The notes under the pieces were generated by a model. The model had not been told where the DNA came from, did no database searches, and was given only the letters and a program-made list of their open reading frames with translations. Shown piece after piece: positions 16,182 to 25,545 of a stretch of DNA of 32,000 nt. The stretch is from Vibrio alginolyticus NBRC 15630 = ATCC 17749 (GTDB lineage: Bacteria > Pseudomonadota > Gammaproteobacteria > Enterobacterales > Vibrionaceae). How positions within the stretch are numbered: the stretch's first letter is position 1; every line of letters starts with the position of its first letter. A program made the translations under genes and the position numbers. The stretch spans positions 1,320,001 through 1,352,000 of the forward strand of contig NC_022349.1 in the NCBI RefSeq assembly GCF_000354175.2. Direction: 5' to 3'.

Positions 16182-17510
16182 TCAATCTGTTAGCGCTTCT
16201 GTTATCTTTTCACTATTGAGAGCATTATTAGCAAAAAGTATGGTTTGTTTTAGGACATCATCTAAACATGCCAACTTCTCTTCCGGCACTTTTTGCCCTT
16301 GTTTAATCAACAGTTCAATATCACCCGAAATACAGTGCAATGGCATTGCACCTAAACTCCCTGAGACCCCTTTAAGACTGTGTGCGGCTCTTTGCGCTTT
16401 CTCTTTATCCTCTTCTAACAGCTGATACATTTTAGTGCCATCGCCAGAGTGGTCCTGAATAAAGACCTCCAGTAACATCCGCACAGCGCCCTCGTCACCA
16501 GACAGAGAATCTAACATTTTATTGATATCTATGTACGGCTCACGTTCCACTACTTCCACTTGTGATGAATTCACCTCATTACAACTTTTTTCGTTCATTT
16601 GGACGTTTTGAAAATTTTCTGACTGAGCTGAGGGAACAGTGTTAGCTCCATTTTCATCATCGCCAACTTGCTCTGACTTTTTATCATCGGTTCTGGGTAG
16701 TGGTATCGGTTGAATCGTTTTTGGGGAGAAGGCTCCCCATGAAATGAGGAAAAGGAGCAAACCACTGATTACAGACAGCCAAACAATAAAAGTCATTAGC
16801 TTCTGTTCCAACTGCTCATTTATCGAAGTTAACTGGTTCGGGAAATCTGGATTAAGCAGTTGATTAGATAAATAACTGCCCTGTGCCTGAGCAGATAGTG
16901 CGCTTGAGGTTTGAGCAAGCTGGCGCTGAAGAGCGCTTCGCTCTTCGGGAGAGAGCGTCTCTGATTCAATAAAAAGTCGGTCTAAGTCACGGTAAGTATC
17001 GCTATTCGTTGCAGAGTCACTAAAGACAGACTCAAAAACAAGCGCACCTAAGCGATAGTACATTGCCTGAATTTGCTCAGAGTTTTCTGTTCGAGCACGG
17101 CTGCTTCGTAACTGTTCTGCTAACGAAACCAATTCACTGTCACTTCTTACAAAAGCTCGAGCACTTTCTAAAAATCGGTCGGTCGTATAAAGTAATTGAG
17201 TGATGTCTGGTGTGATTTTCCCTTCAGAAAACTCACTTTCAAGCTGTAAGCGAACTGCATAAGCCAACTGAAGTTTCAGTGAAATTTGGTCGACGTGTTT
17301 AACACGGTAAGGCAGATCGAAGTTAAAAAAGTGCCTGACTTCTTCAACTTTACTTCCTAACTCATTTACAGTCGAAATCGTTTGAATCGTTTGTTTGGCT
17401 TGCAGCCAAATGCCAAGTGCTAAAACACACCACAAAACGAACCAGAACCAAACAAACCGCCGTATTCCTTCTTTTAGCTTCAGCAACACTTGCCCCTCGC
17501 ATATCTCCAT
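16182..17510 (-). CDS. membrane-anchored HPt (histidine phosphotransfer) domain protein
   Basis: Two TM segments (about aa 19-36 and 238-261) bracket a loop of about 200 aa. A low-complexity linker is followed by a C-terminal HPt signature AHSLKGVSGSLGA (His at about aa 377). No HisKA/HATPase or receiver motifs are visible. The start codon is uncertain because there is no clear RBS. Confidence 0.75.
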   Translation of the reverse strand: MEICEGQVLLKLKEGIRRFVWFWFVLWCVLALGIWLQAKQTIQTISTVNELGSKVEEVRHFFNFDLPYRVKHVDQISLKLQLAYAVRLQLESEFSEGKITPDITQLLYTTDRFLESARAFVRSDSELVSLAEQLRSSRARTENSEQIQAMYYRLGALVFESVFSDSATNSDTYRDLDRLFIESETLSPEERSALQRQLAQTSSALSAQAQGSYLSNQLLNPDFPNQLTSINEQLEQKLMTFIVWLSVISGLLLFLISWGAFSPKTIQPIPLPRTDDKKSEQVGDDENGANTVPSAQSENFQNVQMNEKSCNEVNSSQVEVVEREPYIDINKMLDSLSGDEGAVRMLLEVFIQDHSGDGTKMYQLLEEDKEKAQRAAHSLKGVSGSLGAMPLHCISGDIELLIKQGQKVPEEKLACLDDVLKQTILFANNALNSEKITEALTD

Positions 17511-17548
17511 TAATTACAAGCATATACTATGGATGTTTCTTATTCACA

Positions 17549-17580
17549 TAAAAAAAGAGAGCCGTTTGCTCTCTTTATTT
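17549..17580 (-). terminator. rho-independent terminator of yejK
   Basis: Stem AGAGAGC/GCTCTCT (17556-17562 / 17568-17574) with an A-run on the plus strand, which is a T-run on the minus strand. Confidence 0.8.
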
Positions 17581-17592
17581 AACGATATGATT

Positions 17593-18591
17593 TTAATTGC
17601 GACTTAACTGATCTTTTAGATTTGGAGGCGTCCCTTTAATCGTTAAGGTATCCGTCTCTGGATCATAAAAAATACGCTCGCCAAGTAAGAGACTATCGAA
17701 GCTAATATTCAAACCACCACCAGCTCCAACAAATTTAGTCAGTTTGCGAACCGTCGCACGATCACCTGGGAAAGACTCTTCAAGTTCGTACCCTTGCTCT
17801 TTGGTGAAATCCATAAAGCTCGTGCCATCTTGGCTTTGAGGAAGCTCTCCGGAAAGCTCTGAGATTTGAACTTCATCACCGGATTTAATTTGCTCATTGC
17901 AGTAGTCGTAAACTTGTTTCTTGTACTCGTTCACTTCTTGCTTTTCTAGCTTCGAGTCAGCACAAAAATCATCCACCGCCTGCATCAACACTAAGTTTTG
18001 TTGTTTAGTATCTAAGCCAATATCCGCTTGCAGAAAATCTAGGAAGAAGTCCGCCACTTTACGGCCAACGCGTCCTTTAATGTATTGCAGATAACGATTG
18101 GATTCCTTGTCGGTCTCGTAGCTCGACAGGTCGATGCGTGCGGCAATATCCATTTTGGTGATATCTAAGTAATCTGTCGCACTGATGTCCAAACCTTCGG
18201 TCACTTTTAAACTTTGATTCATTGGTAGGATACCGATGAACAAGTAGTCCGTTGCTAAACTCTGATACTCTGCGAAAACCAAGATACCTTCATCCGCAAA
18301 TGGGTACTTAATCAACTCTTCTTTCAAGCGATTTGCACTAATTTGTGAGAAGTCGTAAAAATCTCGCTCTCCTTTGCGCATTTCTTGAAGCCAAAATTGA
18401 AATTCGCTGTCTGACTGGAAAGCGCCAAAACCTTTACCAGCTTTAGAATGGAATACTCGGTGAAGCTCAGCGACTAAGTTTTCTGTAGATGCATCGTTCT
18501 CTAATGATGCTGGACGAAAGTTTACAACCAGCTCGTCCTGATCGTTTTTGCACAGTTGATGCAGAATAACGTTTGAAAGATGAAGACTCAT
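17593..18591 (-). CDS. yejK: nucleoid-associated protein YejK (NdpA)
   Basis: 332 aa. The N-terminus (MSLHLSNVILHQL) and overall pattern match YejK, and it lies in a conserved yejK / yejL-yejM divergent arrangement. Confidence 0.92.
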   Translation of the reverse strand: MSLHLSNVILHQLCKNDQDELVVNFRPASLENDASTENLVAELHRVFHSKAGKGFGAFQSDSEFQFWLQEMRKGERDFYDFSQISANRLKEELIKYPFADEGILVFAEYQSLATDYLFIGILPMNQSLKVTEGLDISATDYLDITKMDIAARIDLSSYETDKESNRYLQYIKGRVGRKVADFFLDFLQADIGLDTKQQNLVLMQAVDDFCADSKLEKQEVNEYKKQVYDYCNEQIKSGDEVQISELSGELPQSQDGTSFMDFTKEQGYELEESFPGDRATVRKLTKFVGAGGGLNISFDSLLLGERIFYDPETDTLTIKGTPPNLKDQLSRN

Positions 18592-18676
18592 AGTGATTTT
18601 ATCTTGCTACAAGGTTTTAGTTGATGGGCATTGTAGGTTATCATAAGCCGCTTTTACTATCATTATTAGAGTCTTT

Positions 18677-18904
18677 ATGCCGATTACATCTAAATATACT
18701 GACGAGCAAGTAGAAAAAATTCTTGCTGAAGTAGCAACAGTTCTTGAAAAACACGCTGCTTCTCCTGAGTTGACGCTAATGATTGCCGGAAATATCGCAA
18801 CCAATGTCTTAAATCAACGTGTTGCTGCTTCACAACGCAAAGCGATTGCTGAAAAATTTGCTCAGGCGCTGATGTCTTCTTTAGAAACACCAAAAACACA
18901 CTAA
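18677..18904 (+). CDS. yejL: YejL family protein (UPF0352)
   Basis: 75 aa; [19 protein letters not shown]...ELTLMIAGN matches the YejL pattern. It sits between yejK and yejM. Confidence 0.85.
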   Translation: MPITSKYTDEQVEKILAEVATVLEKHAASPELTLMIAGNIATNVLNQRVAASQRKAIAEKFAQALMSSLETPKTH

Positions 18905-18926
18905 TCACGGACAATAGAACACATAC

Positions 18927-20735
18927 ATGGTAGACAGCGGAAACTCATACGGCGAACGTGTATCTCGACTAGTTGGTTGGGGTCACTGGTTTGCATTCTT
19001 CAATATCGTTGCGTCGATGTTGATAGGCACACGCTACATTGTTCAGTCTCCTTGGCCCGAGACGTTACTTGGTCAGTTTTATCTGGCGGTTTCTTGGGTT
19101 GGTCACTTTGGCTTTCTAGTTTTCGCACTTTACTTGCTTGTTCTATTCCCGTTGACGTTTATCCTGCCATCGCGGAAATTGTTCCGTTTGGTGGCAGTGA
19201 TTTTCGCAACCGTTGGGCAAACCATATTATTAATTGATACCCAAGCGTATCAGTCGATCAATTTGCACTTAACTCCCGTTGTCTGGGAGTTACTATTCAG
19301 CGAAGACAAAAGTGCACTCAGCACTGACCTACAACATTTATTTGTTGTGATGCCGCTGATCTTCCTTATTCAACTCGCACTATCCGAATGGGTATGGCGA
19401 AAACAGCGCAAACTATCTCATAAGCACGTAGGACGCCCTCTCGCGGCCGTCTTTTTCCTCAGCTTTATGACCAGCCATTTGGTTTACATTTGGGCAGATG
19501 CGTATTTTTACAACCCAATTACTAGCCAGCGTTCAAACTTCCCGTTGTCTTACCCGATGACGGCGAAGAGTTTTATGGAAAAACATGGTCTACTTGACCG
19601 TGAGGAATACCTAAAACGTTTAGCAGAAAACGAAGGCAACGTAGAGTTAGTCAACTACCCTCTTGAAAAGCTTGAGTTTAACCGCCGAGTTAATAAGCTC
19701 AATGTGTTGATGATCAGCATAAACAATTTACGAGCGGATGCGCTTAACCAAGAAGAGATGCCTAACCTCTATGAGTTTGCTGAAAACAATCAGAACTTCC
19801 GTAATCATTACAGCTCAAGTAATGATACATACGGGGCCTTTGGTTTGTTCTATGGCTTACCGACCAGTTATGCATCAAGCATCAAGGCGCAAGGTGCGTC
19901 CCCAGTATTGCTCGATGTACTGAAAGATCAGGGCTACAACTTTGGTTTATTCAGTGGTAGTGGGTTTGAAGATGATCTCTACTCAGAAATTATTTTCCGC
20001 GACTTGAACTTAGCGGAAGACCTAGATGGCACGCAAGCTCATACCGATAAACAATCTATCGCAAACTGGAATACATGGTTAGCAGAGAAAGCAAGTCAGC
20101 CATGGTTTAGTTACATCGAAGTCACCACCGTTGATAATTTTGAATCGATTCCTTCAAATAATGACGAAGAAATGCCCGCAAGTGAGCGATTCAAAAAAGC
20201 TTATGAATATGCAGTGAAGTCGGCGGATAGAACTATCGCCGGTATTATTGATGAACTAGAAACGACGGGACAACTGACAAACACCATCGTAATCATCACT
20301 TCTAATCACGGTAGTGAATTTAACGAAACCAATACGAACAGCTGGGGAGCAAACAGCAACTACAGCCGTTATCAATTACAAGTTCCGATGGTGATCCATT
20401 GGCCTGGAATGCTGGCTGGCGAATTTAATCACAGCACAAGTCACTTGGACCTCTCAGTTACACTGTTGCAAGATATGCTCGGCGTATCTTCCAACCCATA
20501 TGATTACAGTAGTGGTCGCAACCTATTCGATGAAAGCCGTCGTCGCTGGATCTTGGCGGGCGATACTCGCGAGCTTGCCTTAATTACTAGCTCACAAACC
20601 ACAGTGATCGATAAGTTTGGCAACTACAAGCTGTATGACAAAAACTACAAACGACTTCGAGATGATGCACCGAAGTTGCCAGTTTTGATGCAAGGTTTAA
20701 CTGAGTTACAGCGTTTTTATTCTAAAAACGATTAA
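18927..20735 (+). CDS. yejM: inner-membrane LPS-regulatory protein YejM (PbgA/LapC), sulfatase-like
   Basis: The N-terminus ...RVSRLVGWGHWFAFFNIVASMLIGTRY is collinear with E. coli YejM. Five TM helices are followed by a periplasmic sulfatase-fold domain. Confidence 0.9.
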   Translation: MVDSGNSYGERVSRLVGWGHWFAFFNIVASMLIGTRYIVQSPWPETLLGQFYLAVSWVGHFGFLVFALYLLVLFPLTFILPSRKLFRLVAVIFATVGQTILLIDTQAYQSINLHLTPVVWELLFSEDKSALSTDLQHLFVVMPLIFLIQLALSEWVWRKQRKLSHKHVGRPLAAVFFLSFMTSHLVYIWADAYFYNPITSQRSNFPLSYPMTAKSFMEKHGLLDREEYLKRLAENEGNVELVNYPLEKLEFNRRVNKLNVLMISINNLRADALNQEEMPNLYEFAENNQNFRNHYSSSNDTYGAFGLFYGLPTSYASSIKAQGASPVLLDVLKDQGYNFGLFSGSGFEDDLYSEIIFRDLNLAEDLDGTQAHTDKQSIANWNTWLAEKASQPWFSYIEVTTVDNFESIPSNNDEEMPASERFKKAYEYAVKSADRTIAGIIDELETTGQLTNTIVIITSNHGSEFNETNTNSWGANSNYSRYQLQVPMVIHWPGMLAGEFNHSTSHLDLSVTLLQDMLGVSSNPYDYSSGRNLFDESRRRWILAGDTRELALITSSQTTVIDKFGNYKLYDKNYKRLRDDAPKLPVLMQGLTELQRFYSKND

Positions 20736-20759
20736 TACCTAGCAATCCATATACTATTC

Positions 20760-20787
20760 AAACTCCCCTTTTTGGGGGAGTTTTTGT
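20760..20787 (+). terminator. rho-independent terminator of yejM
   Basis: ACTCCCC-TTTTT-GGGGAGT followed by TTTTGTTT. Confidence 0.85.
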
Positions 20788-20848
20788 TTATTTAAACAAC
20801 ACAAACCACAAATTTGCGCAGTAAACATCCAATCAGTTCAACTAGGGG

Positions 20849-20877
20849 TTTACAACATTTTCAAAGCCTTATATTAT
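20849..20877 (+). promoter_or_regulatory. candidate sigma70 promoter of the tRNA-Ser gene
   Basis: TTTACA (20849-20854), 17-nt spacer, TATTAT (20872-20877), then a GC-rich discriminator GCGCC. The tRNA 5' end is at 20891. Confidence 0.55.
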
Positions 20878-20890
20878 GCGCCTCAACAAC

Positions 20891-20981
20891 GGAGAGATGG
20901 CTGAGTGGTTGAAAGCACCGGTCTTGAAAACCGGCATACGTTAATAGCGTATCTAGGGTTCAAATCCCTATCTCTCCGCCA
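20891..20981 (+). tRNA. serT: tRNA-Ser (anticodon UGA), encoded CCA
   Basis: Cloverleaf folded by hand. Acceptor GGAGAGA/TCTCTCC; anticodon stem CCGGT/ACCGG with loop CTTGAAA; long variable arm ATACG/CGTAT; T arm TAGGG-TTCAAAT-CCCTA; discriminator G plus CCA. Close to E. coli serT. Confidence 0.95.
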
Positions 20982-20988
20982 CTTTTAG

Positions 20989-21021
20989 AAAAAGCCCGCT
21001 AAGAAATTAGCGGGCTTTTTC
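20989..21021. terminator. terminator after the tRNA-Ser gene, probably shared with the convergent deacetylase gene
   Basis: AAAGCCCGCTA/TAGCGGGCTTT 11-bp stem flanked by an A-run and a T-run. Confidence 0.85.
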
Positions 21022-21174
21022 GCATCTCCAGACTTAAAAGATTTGTACAAATCACTTATCACTTCTTGAACGCAACTAAGCACTCCGCCACACTCCGAAA
21101 GAACCCACAAAAAATTAATGCCCTTTTCGTTCGTTCCAGTGTTGAATCAATTTGATATTTACATCTAGTTGTAT

Positions 21175-22098
21175 CTACTCATCAATAAAGACTTCTTTAG
21201 CGGCATTGATAAGCTGCAAATGGATTGGGACGAGGTCAGCATGATTCGTTCGATATCCACCTCCAACGACAGCTGCGACAGGGATACCTCGAGATTTCAC
21301 TGTTTGCATTAAAAATCTATCACGTTCTAAAATCCCTTGAGTCGACACATCAAAATATCCAAGCTCATCGTCTTGATGTATATCGACACCAGCATCGTAG
21401 ATAACTAAATCAGGGCGATGAAGATTAAGTGCCATATCGACCACTTCTTTAAACGCCATTAAAAAATCCTCATCACCTGTCCCTCGCACCAAAGGTACAT
21501 CGAGGTCAGACTGAGGCTTCCTCGCTGGGAAGTTTTTATCACAGTGGAAAGAAAGCGTGATGATATATGGCTCATCGTCACATAAAGTTGCTGTTCCATC
21601 CCCATGATGAACATCACTGTCAATGATCAATACTTTATCGACATGCTCAACTTCGAGTGCTTGCCTGGCCGCGATCACTAAGTCATTAAATAAACAAAAA
21701 CCACTACCAAACTCTTTGTGTGCGTGATGATACCCACCACTCAAATGAATGGCCACTCCGTACTCAAGTGCCTTTTTTGCGGTCAGAGCCGTGCCCGCAG
21801 CTGAAGTTAGCGTTCTGGTAATGAGAGACTCACTCCAAGGAAAACCTATTCGGCGCATCTTCGCAGCTGGCATGTTTCCACTAACAAGTAACTCGACGTA
21901 TTCCTCGTCATGAACACGTTTTACTTCCCCAACAGTTAATGCTTCGGGCTGGAAAAACTGCGTGTGCTCTTTCCAGTTATCTTTCTCCATATGCACCAAT
22001 ACCGATTCATAGAGGTACTGGTATTTCATAATTGGGTAACGATGCCCCTCTGGCAACTCAAGTTGAGAATAAATCGGGTGGTAGATAAGTGGCAGCAT
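21175..22098 (-). CDS. histone deacetylase-family (HDAC/AcuC-like) amidohydrolase
   Basis: Class-defining motifs GGYHHA, FCLFND and DSDVHHGDGT (zinc and active-site residues); 307 aa. Confidence 0.9.
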   Translation of the reverse strand: MLPLIYHPIYSQLELPEGHRYPIMKYQYLYESVLVHMEKDNWKEHTQFFQPEALTVGEVKRVHDEEYVELLVSGNMPAAKMRRIGFPWSESLITRTLTSAAGTALTAKKALEYGVAIHLSGGYHHAHKEFGSGFCLFNDLVIAARQALEVEHVDKVLIIDSDVHHGDGTATLCDDEPYIITLSFHCDKNFPARKPQSDLDVPLVRGTGDEDFLMAFKEVVDMALNLHRPDLVIYDAGVDIHQDDELGYFDVSTQGILERDRFLMQTVKSRGIPVAAVVGGGYRTNHADLVPIHLQLINAAKEVFIDE

Positions 22099-22168
22099 GA
22101 GAAATTCTTAATAACAATGGTAACGAAATAGTATCAACTTCAAGGGTTGAATAAAACGCAATTTAATT

Positions 22169-22187
22169 GATAATGATTTTCAATATC
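22169..22187. promoter_or_regulatory. Fur-box-like site GATAATGATTTTCAATATC inside a 13-bp perfect inverted repeat
   Basis: 16/19 matches to the classical Fur box GATAATGATAATCATTATC. It is embedded in AATTTAATTGATA (22160-22172) / TATCAATTAAATT (22184-22196). It lies in the divergent region between the deacetylase gene and the SDR gene. Confidence 0.5.
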
Positions 22188-22206
22188 AATTAAATTTAAT
22201 ATACAT

Positions 22207-22326
22207 ATGAATTCTACTTTCTTTGCTATTCTCGGCGCACTGTTTGGCTCTCTTTGTGCTCTGTCCCTATTTTCATCTCTTGTTGTTGGTGCGTGGTGGT
22301 TGGTTGATTTTATTGTGCTTAGCTAA
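22207..22326 (+). CDS. candidate 39-aa hydrophobic small protein (below the ORF-track cutoff)
   Basis: ATG...TAA frame read by hand: MNSTFFAILGALFGSLCALSLFSSLVVGAWWLVDFIVLS. One TM-length hydrophobic span. It starts 20 nt after the Fur-like box. No Shine-Dalgarno is visible, so coding status is uncertain. Confidence 0.25.
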   Translation: MNSTFFAILGALFGSLCALSLFSSLVVGAWWLVDFIVLS

Positions 22327-22369
22327 CACAATGACTTTCAACTGAAATCAAAAAAACATAGGTGTTTGT

Positions 22370-23059
22370 ATGAGTCAAACCGTCTTTATTACCGGAGCAA
22401 ATCGCGGCATTGGCCTTAGCTTAACTGAGCTGTACCTGAAGCAAGGCCACCAAGTACATGCTACTAGCCGTTCCTTAGAGAACAGTTCAGAACTACAAAC
22501 TCTAGCCTCACAATTCAGCAATCTAGTTTTGCACGAACTGGATGTCACGCACTACGAACAAGTCGCTAAGCTTGCCGATAAACTCCCTGCCATCGACTTA
22601 CTCATCAATAATGCAGGATATTACGGGCCCAAGGGATATGGCTTTGGAAATACTGACGTAGAAGAATGGCGTAAAGTCTTCGAAGTAAACACCATTGCTC
22701 CATTAAAACTGGTTGAGTACTGTTACCCTCGCTTACAACAAGGCAAGATGAAAAAGATTGCTTGTATCTCATCAAAAGTCGGCAGTATGACCGAAAATAC
22801 GTCCGGCGGCGGCTATATTTATCGCTCATCGAAAGCGGCGCTTAACTCGGTTGTGAAAAGCTTAAGTAATGATTTAACACCTGAAGGATTTACCGTTTTA
22901 GCGCTTCACCCTGGTTGGGTAAAAACGGCGATGGGCGGGCCAAATGCTTTGATAGATACGCAAACCTCCGCGCTAGGCCTAGCGAACGTGATAGAACTGA
23001 GCACACCGCAGCTTTCAGGTCGATTTATTAACTACGATGGTACTGAGTTACCTTGGTAG
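22370..23059 (+). CDS. short-chain dehydrogenase/reductase (classical SDR)
   Basis: TGANRGIG cofactor motif, NNAG, and catalytic YRSSK (YxxxK). AGGTG RBS upstream. Confidence 0.9.
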   Translation: MSQTVFITGANRGIGLSLTELYLKQGHQVHATSRSLENSSELQTLASQFSNLVLHELDVTHYEQVAKLADKLPAIDLLINNAGYYGPKGYGFGNTDVEEWRKVFEVNTIAPLKLVEYCYPRLQQGKMKKIACISSKVGSMTENTSGGGYIYRSSKAALNSVVKSLSNDLTPEGFTVLALHPGWVKTAMGGPNALIDTQTSALGLANVIELSTPQLSGRFINYDGTELPW

Positions 23060-23242
23060 CAGCATTAAGACACAACCATCACTAAACCAAATACCATCAA
23101 AGCCAGGCTTCATAATCGTGACTTGGTTGGCAAACATAATGTTCATCAGTGATCCACCAGCATAATTCGCGCAATCTAACTTGAATTTATCTACATCCAA
23201 TCCAGACTTAGGAAAAAGTAGAACAAATAAGGAGAAAGCACG

Positions 23243-23449
23243 ATGGCAGCAGATAGGGATTTGGTTAATTTTAGCGAAGAGCACGAACTAAATTACTGCT
23301 TGAGAAGTGCTGGTAAACGCCAAACTCAAGCGAATCGAGATACATTAGTTGACTTGGGCAACCAGGTGAAAGAGGTACTGGACAAACGCGTGTTAACTCA
23401 AGGTGAAGTAAGAGGCGCGATCCAAAACCACGGTGATCTGTTCGAGTAA
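23243..23449 (+). CDS. small hypothetical protein (68 aa)
   Basis: Strong RBS AAGGAGA 7 nt upstream of the ATG and a hairpin after the stop. The N-terminal DRDLVNFSEEHELNY pattern loosely recalls DUF3606-type small proteins (memory only, low confidence). Confidence 0.6.
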   Translation: MAADRDLVNFSEEHELNYCLRSAGKRQTQANRDTLVDLGNQVKEVLDKRVLTQGEVRGAIQNHGDLFE

Positions 23450-23464
23450 TCTATTTTCAAGCAT

Positions 23465-23488
23465 GCGCGGTGTTTAATTACACCGCGC
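23465..23488. terminator. hairpin between the small ORF and convergent topB
   Basis: 9-bp GC-rich stem GCGCGGTGT/ACACCGCGC with loop TTAATT. The flanking T-runs are weak. Confidence 0.5.
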
Positions 23489-23493
23489 TTGTC

Positions 23494-25461
23494 CTATGCC
23501 TGCTTACCTTTGGTTGCACGAGATTTAGTCGCGCCACCATTCTTTGAATAACTGCGCTTTTTACGTTTAAACGCAGGACGTTCCACCTTGGGTAAATGAC
23601 GTAATGAATCAGGGATAGGGCCTGCTTTTACTTGTGCCATCAAGCTATCAATGCGTTGTTCCAGTGCTTGCATGAACGGCTGATATGCTTGATTTCTCTC
23701 TGCCATACCTTGTAACTGGTGCTCCCAATGAGCCGTCATATCAGGGTATGTTGAATCTTCTGGCAAGGCATGAATGAGACCTCTTCCCGCAGGAGAACTG
23801 AGAATTGACTTACCTTGACGCGTAAGCAGTTGGCGTTTGAACAGCGTGTCCAAAATACCAGCGCGAGTCGCTTCCGTGCCTAGCCCATCAGTGTCACGAA
23901 GGATTTTTTTCAGTTCTTTATCCGCAACATAACGGGCGATCCCGGTCATCGCTTGCAACAGCGATGCCTCGGTAAAATGCTTTGGTGGCTCGGTTTTTCG
24001 GTCTTTTATTTCCCCTTCACGACAAGTTAACACGGTGCCTTCGGGTAGCGGTGGCACGGCATCAATACCTTCATCTTCCTTGTCAGTTTTGCCCATTAGC
24101 GCTTTCCAACCCGGCGAAACTAACTGACGACCTTTCGCGACAAACGTACCACCAGCGATATCGAAAACCAATTTCGCTTCTGCGTAAACCGCCGCCGGAT
24201 AGAACTGCATGAGGTACTGGCGCGCAATCAATTGATACACTTTCATCTCATTGCCTGAAAGCGCATTCACATTAGCTTGCTTCGGTGTAGGGATAATCGC
24301 ATGGTGTGCATCCACTTTTTTATCGTTCCAGGCTTTGGACTTTAATGTTAAGTCTGCTCCCTGAACGGCAACTTGCAACTCTTTTGCGTTATTCGCAATA
24401 GCAGTTGTCACCGTCCCTGCTTGTGAGTAGTGTTCCATCGGCAAATAGCGACAATCTGAACGCGGGTAAGTGATCAGCTTGTGCTTTTCATACAATGCCT
24501 GACAAGTATCTAGTACTTGTTGCGCACTCATACCATAGCGCTTCGCGGCATCGATCTGTAAAGCAGATAACGAATAAGGTAATGGTGCTGATTGCTTGGT
24601 TTGCTTTTGTTCCGACTCTGTCACTTTTGCGGGTTGATTTGCAATACGGTTTGCAACATTTTCTACCAACTTACGGTTTAATACTCGACCTTCTTCGTCC
24701 TGCCAAGGCTTGCATGCCTCACTTGGCTTCCAACGAGCACGAATATCAAAAGTACCATTGGCATCTTGATATGGGATCAGAGCATGTAGGGTAAAATAGT
24801 CCTTCGGGACAAAGTTTTCGATTTCTTCATCACGACGCACCACTAAGCCAAGAACTGGCGTTTGCACTCGCCCTACCGAGAGAACACCTTGATACCCTGC
24901 TTTTTGACCAAGCAAGGTATAAGCACGAGACATGTTCATACCATACAGCCAATCAGCCCGAGAGCGGGCCAATGCAGAAACTGAAAGTGGGATAAACTCG
25001 CGATTACTGCGCATAGAACTGAGTGCGCGTTTAACCGCAGGTAAGTTCAAGTCGGAAATCAGCAAACGCTGTGTGGATTCCTTCTTGGTTTTAGATAACT
25101 TGCAATAGTCCAGAACTTCATCAACTAACAGCTGACCCTCTCGATCTGGGTCTCCTGCATGAATGACTTCGTTAGCTTCTTTGAGCAATTTACGAATCAC
25201 TGTTAATTGCTTACTTGCGCTTTTCCTCGGTCTGAGCTGCCATTGCTGCGGAACAATTGGTAAATCTGCCATATTCCACTTTTTATAACGCTCATCGTAA
25301 GCGTCAGGTTCGACTTGTTCGAGCAAATGGCCGATACACCAAGTAACGATATCCCCGTTCCCACAGCGGATGAATCCTTGATCTTTCTTTTGAGGGTTTG
25401 GCAGTGCAGCGGCAATCGCACGGCCTAAGCTTGGTTTTTCAGCAATAAACAGACGAGACAT
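23494..25461 (-). CDS. topB: DNA topoisomerase III
   Basis: [20 protein letters not shown] (Toprim N-terminus), 655 aa collinear with E. coli TopB, with a basic C-terminal tail. Confidence 0.96.
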   Translation of the reverse strand: MSRLFIAEKPSLGRAIAAALPNPQKKDQGFIRCGNGDIVTWCIGHLLEQVEPDAYDERYKKWNMADLPIVPQQWQLRPRKSASKQLTVIRKLLKEANEVIHAGDPDREGQLLVDEVLDYCKLSKTKKESTQRLLISDLNLPAVKRALSSMRSNREFIPLSVSALARSRADWLYGMNMSRAYTLLGQKAGYQGVLSVGRVQTPVLGLVVRRDEEIENFVPKDYFTLHALIPYQDANGTFDIRARWKPSEACKPWQDEEGRVLNRKLVENVANRIANQPAKVTESEQKQTKQSAPLPYSLSALQIDAAKRYGMSAQQVLDTCQALYEKHKLITYPRSDCRYLPMEHYSQAGTVTTAIANNAKELQVAVQGADLTLKSKAWNDKKVDAHHAIIPTPKQANVNALSGNEMKVYQLIARQYLMQFYPAAVYAEAKLVFDIAGGTFVAKGRQLVSPGWKALMGKTDKEDEGIDAVPPLPEGTVLTCREGEIKDRKTEPPKHFTEASLLQAMTGIARYVADKELKKILRDTDGLGTEATRAGILDTLFKRQLLTRQGKSILSSPAGRGLIHALPEDSTYPDMTAHWEHQLQGMAERNQAYQPFMQALEQRIDSLMAQVKAGPIPDSLRHLPKVERPAFKRKKRSYSKNGGATKSRATKGKQA

Positions 25462-25483
25462 AACGTTTTGGAAATAAATATAA

Positions 25484-25513
25484 TTAGGGCCACATTAACG
25501 AATGTAGCCCTAA
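25484..25513 (-). other. extended hairpin between ydjA and topB (ydjA terminator or topB 5'-leader structure)
   Basis: TTAGGGC-C-ACATT-AACG-AATGT-A-GCCCTAA: 12 paired positions with one internal mismatch, followed on the minus strand by a U-rich tract TTATATTTATTT. Confidence 0.55.
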
Positions 25514-25525
25514 TAAATCAAGAAA

Positions 25526-25545
25526 AACTGTATAAATAAACAGTC
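25526..25545. promoter_or_regulatory. LexA (SOS) box-like site AACTGTATAAATAAACAGTC upstream of topB
   Basis: Perfect CTGT-N8-ACAG with an AT-only spacer; 16/20 matches to TACTGTATATATATACAGTA. It lies 65-85 nt upstream of the topB start and 20 nt downstream of the ydjA stop. Confidence 0.5.

Noticed and set aside
18607-18914. Two minus-strand ORFs (65 and 74 aa) overlapping yejL
   Set aside because: They are antisense to the well-conserved yejL reading frame in the yejK/yejL divergent region, and nothing independent supports them.
21083-21090. CTCCGCCA, an 8-nt echo of the tRNA-Ser 3' end, about 100 bp downstream of the tRNA (island scar?)
   Set aside because: It is only 8 nt, far shorter than real att repeats. 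No integrase or foreign genes lie between it and the tRNA, and the flanking deacetylase gene looks like core.
23048-23284. Minus-strand 78-aa ORF between the SDR gene and the small 68-aa gene
   Set aside because: It overlaps the SDR stop and the strong RBS and start of the plus-strand small gene. It has no RBS of its own.
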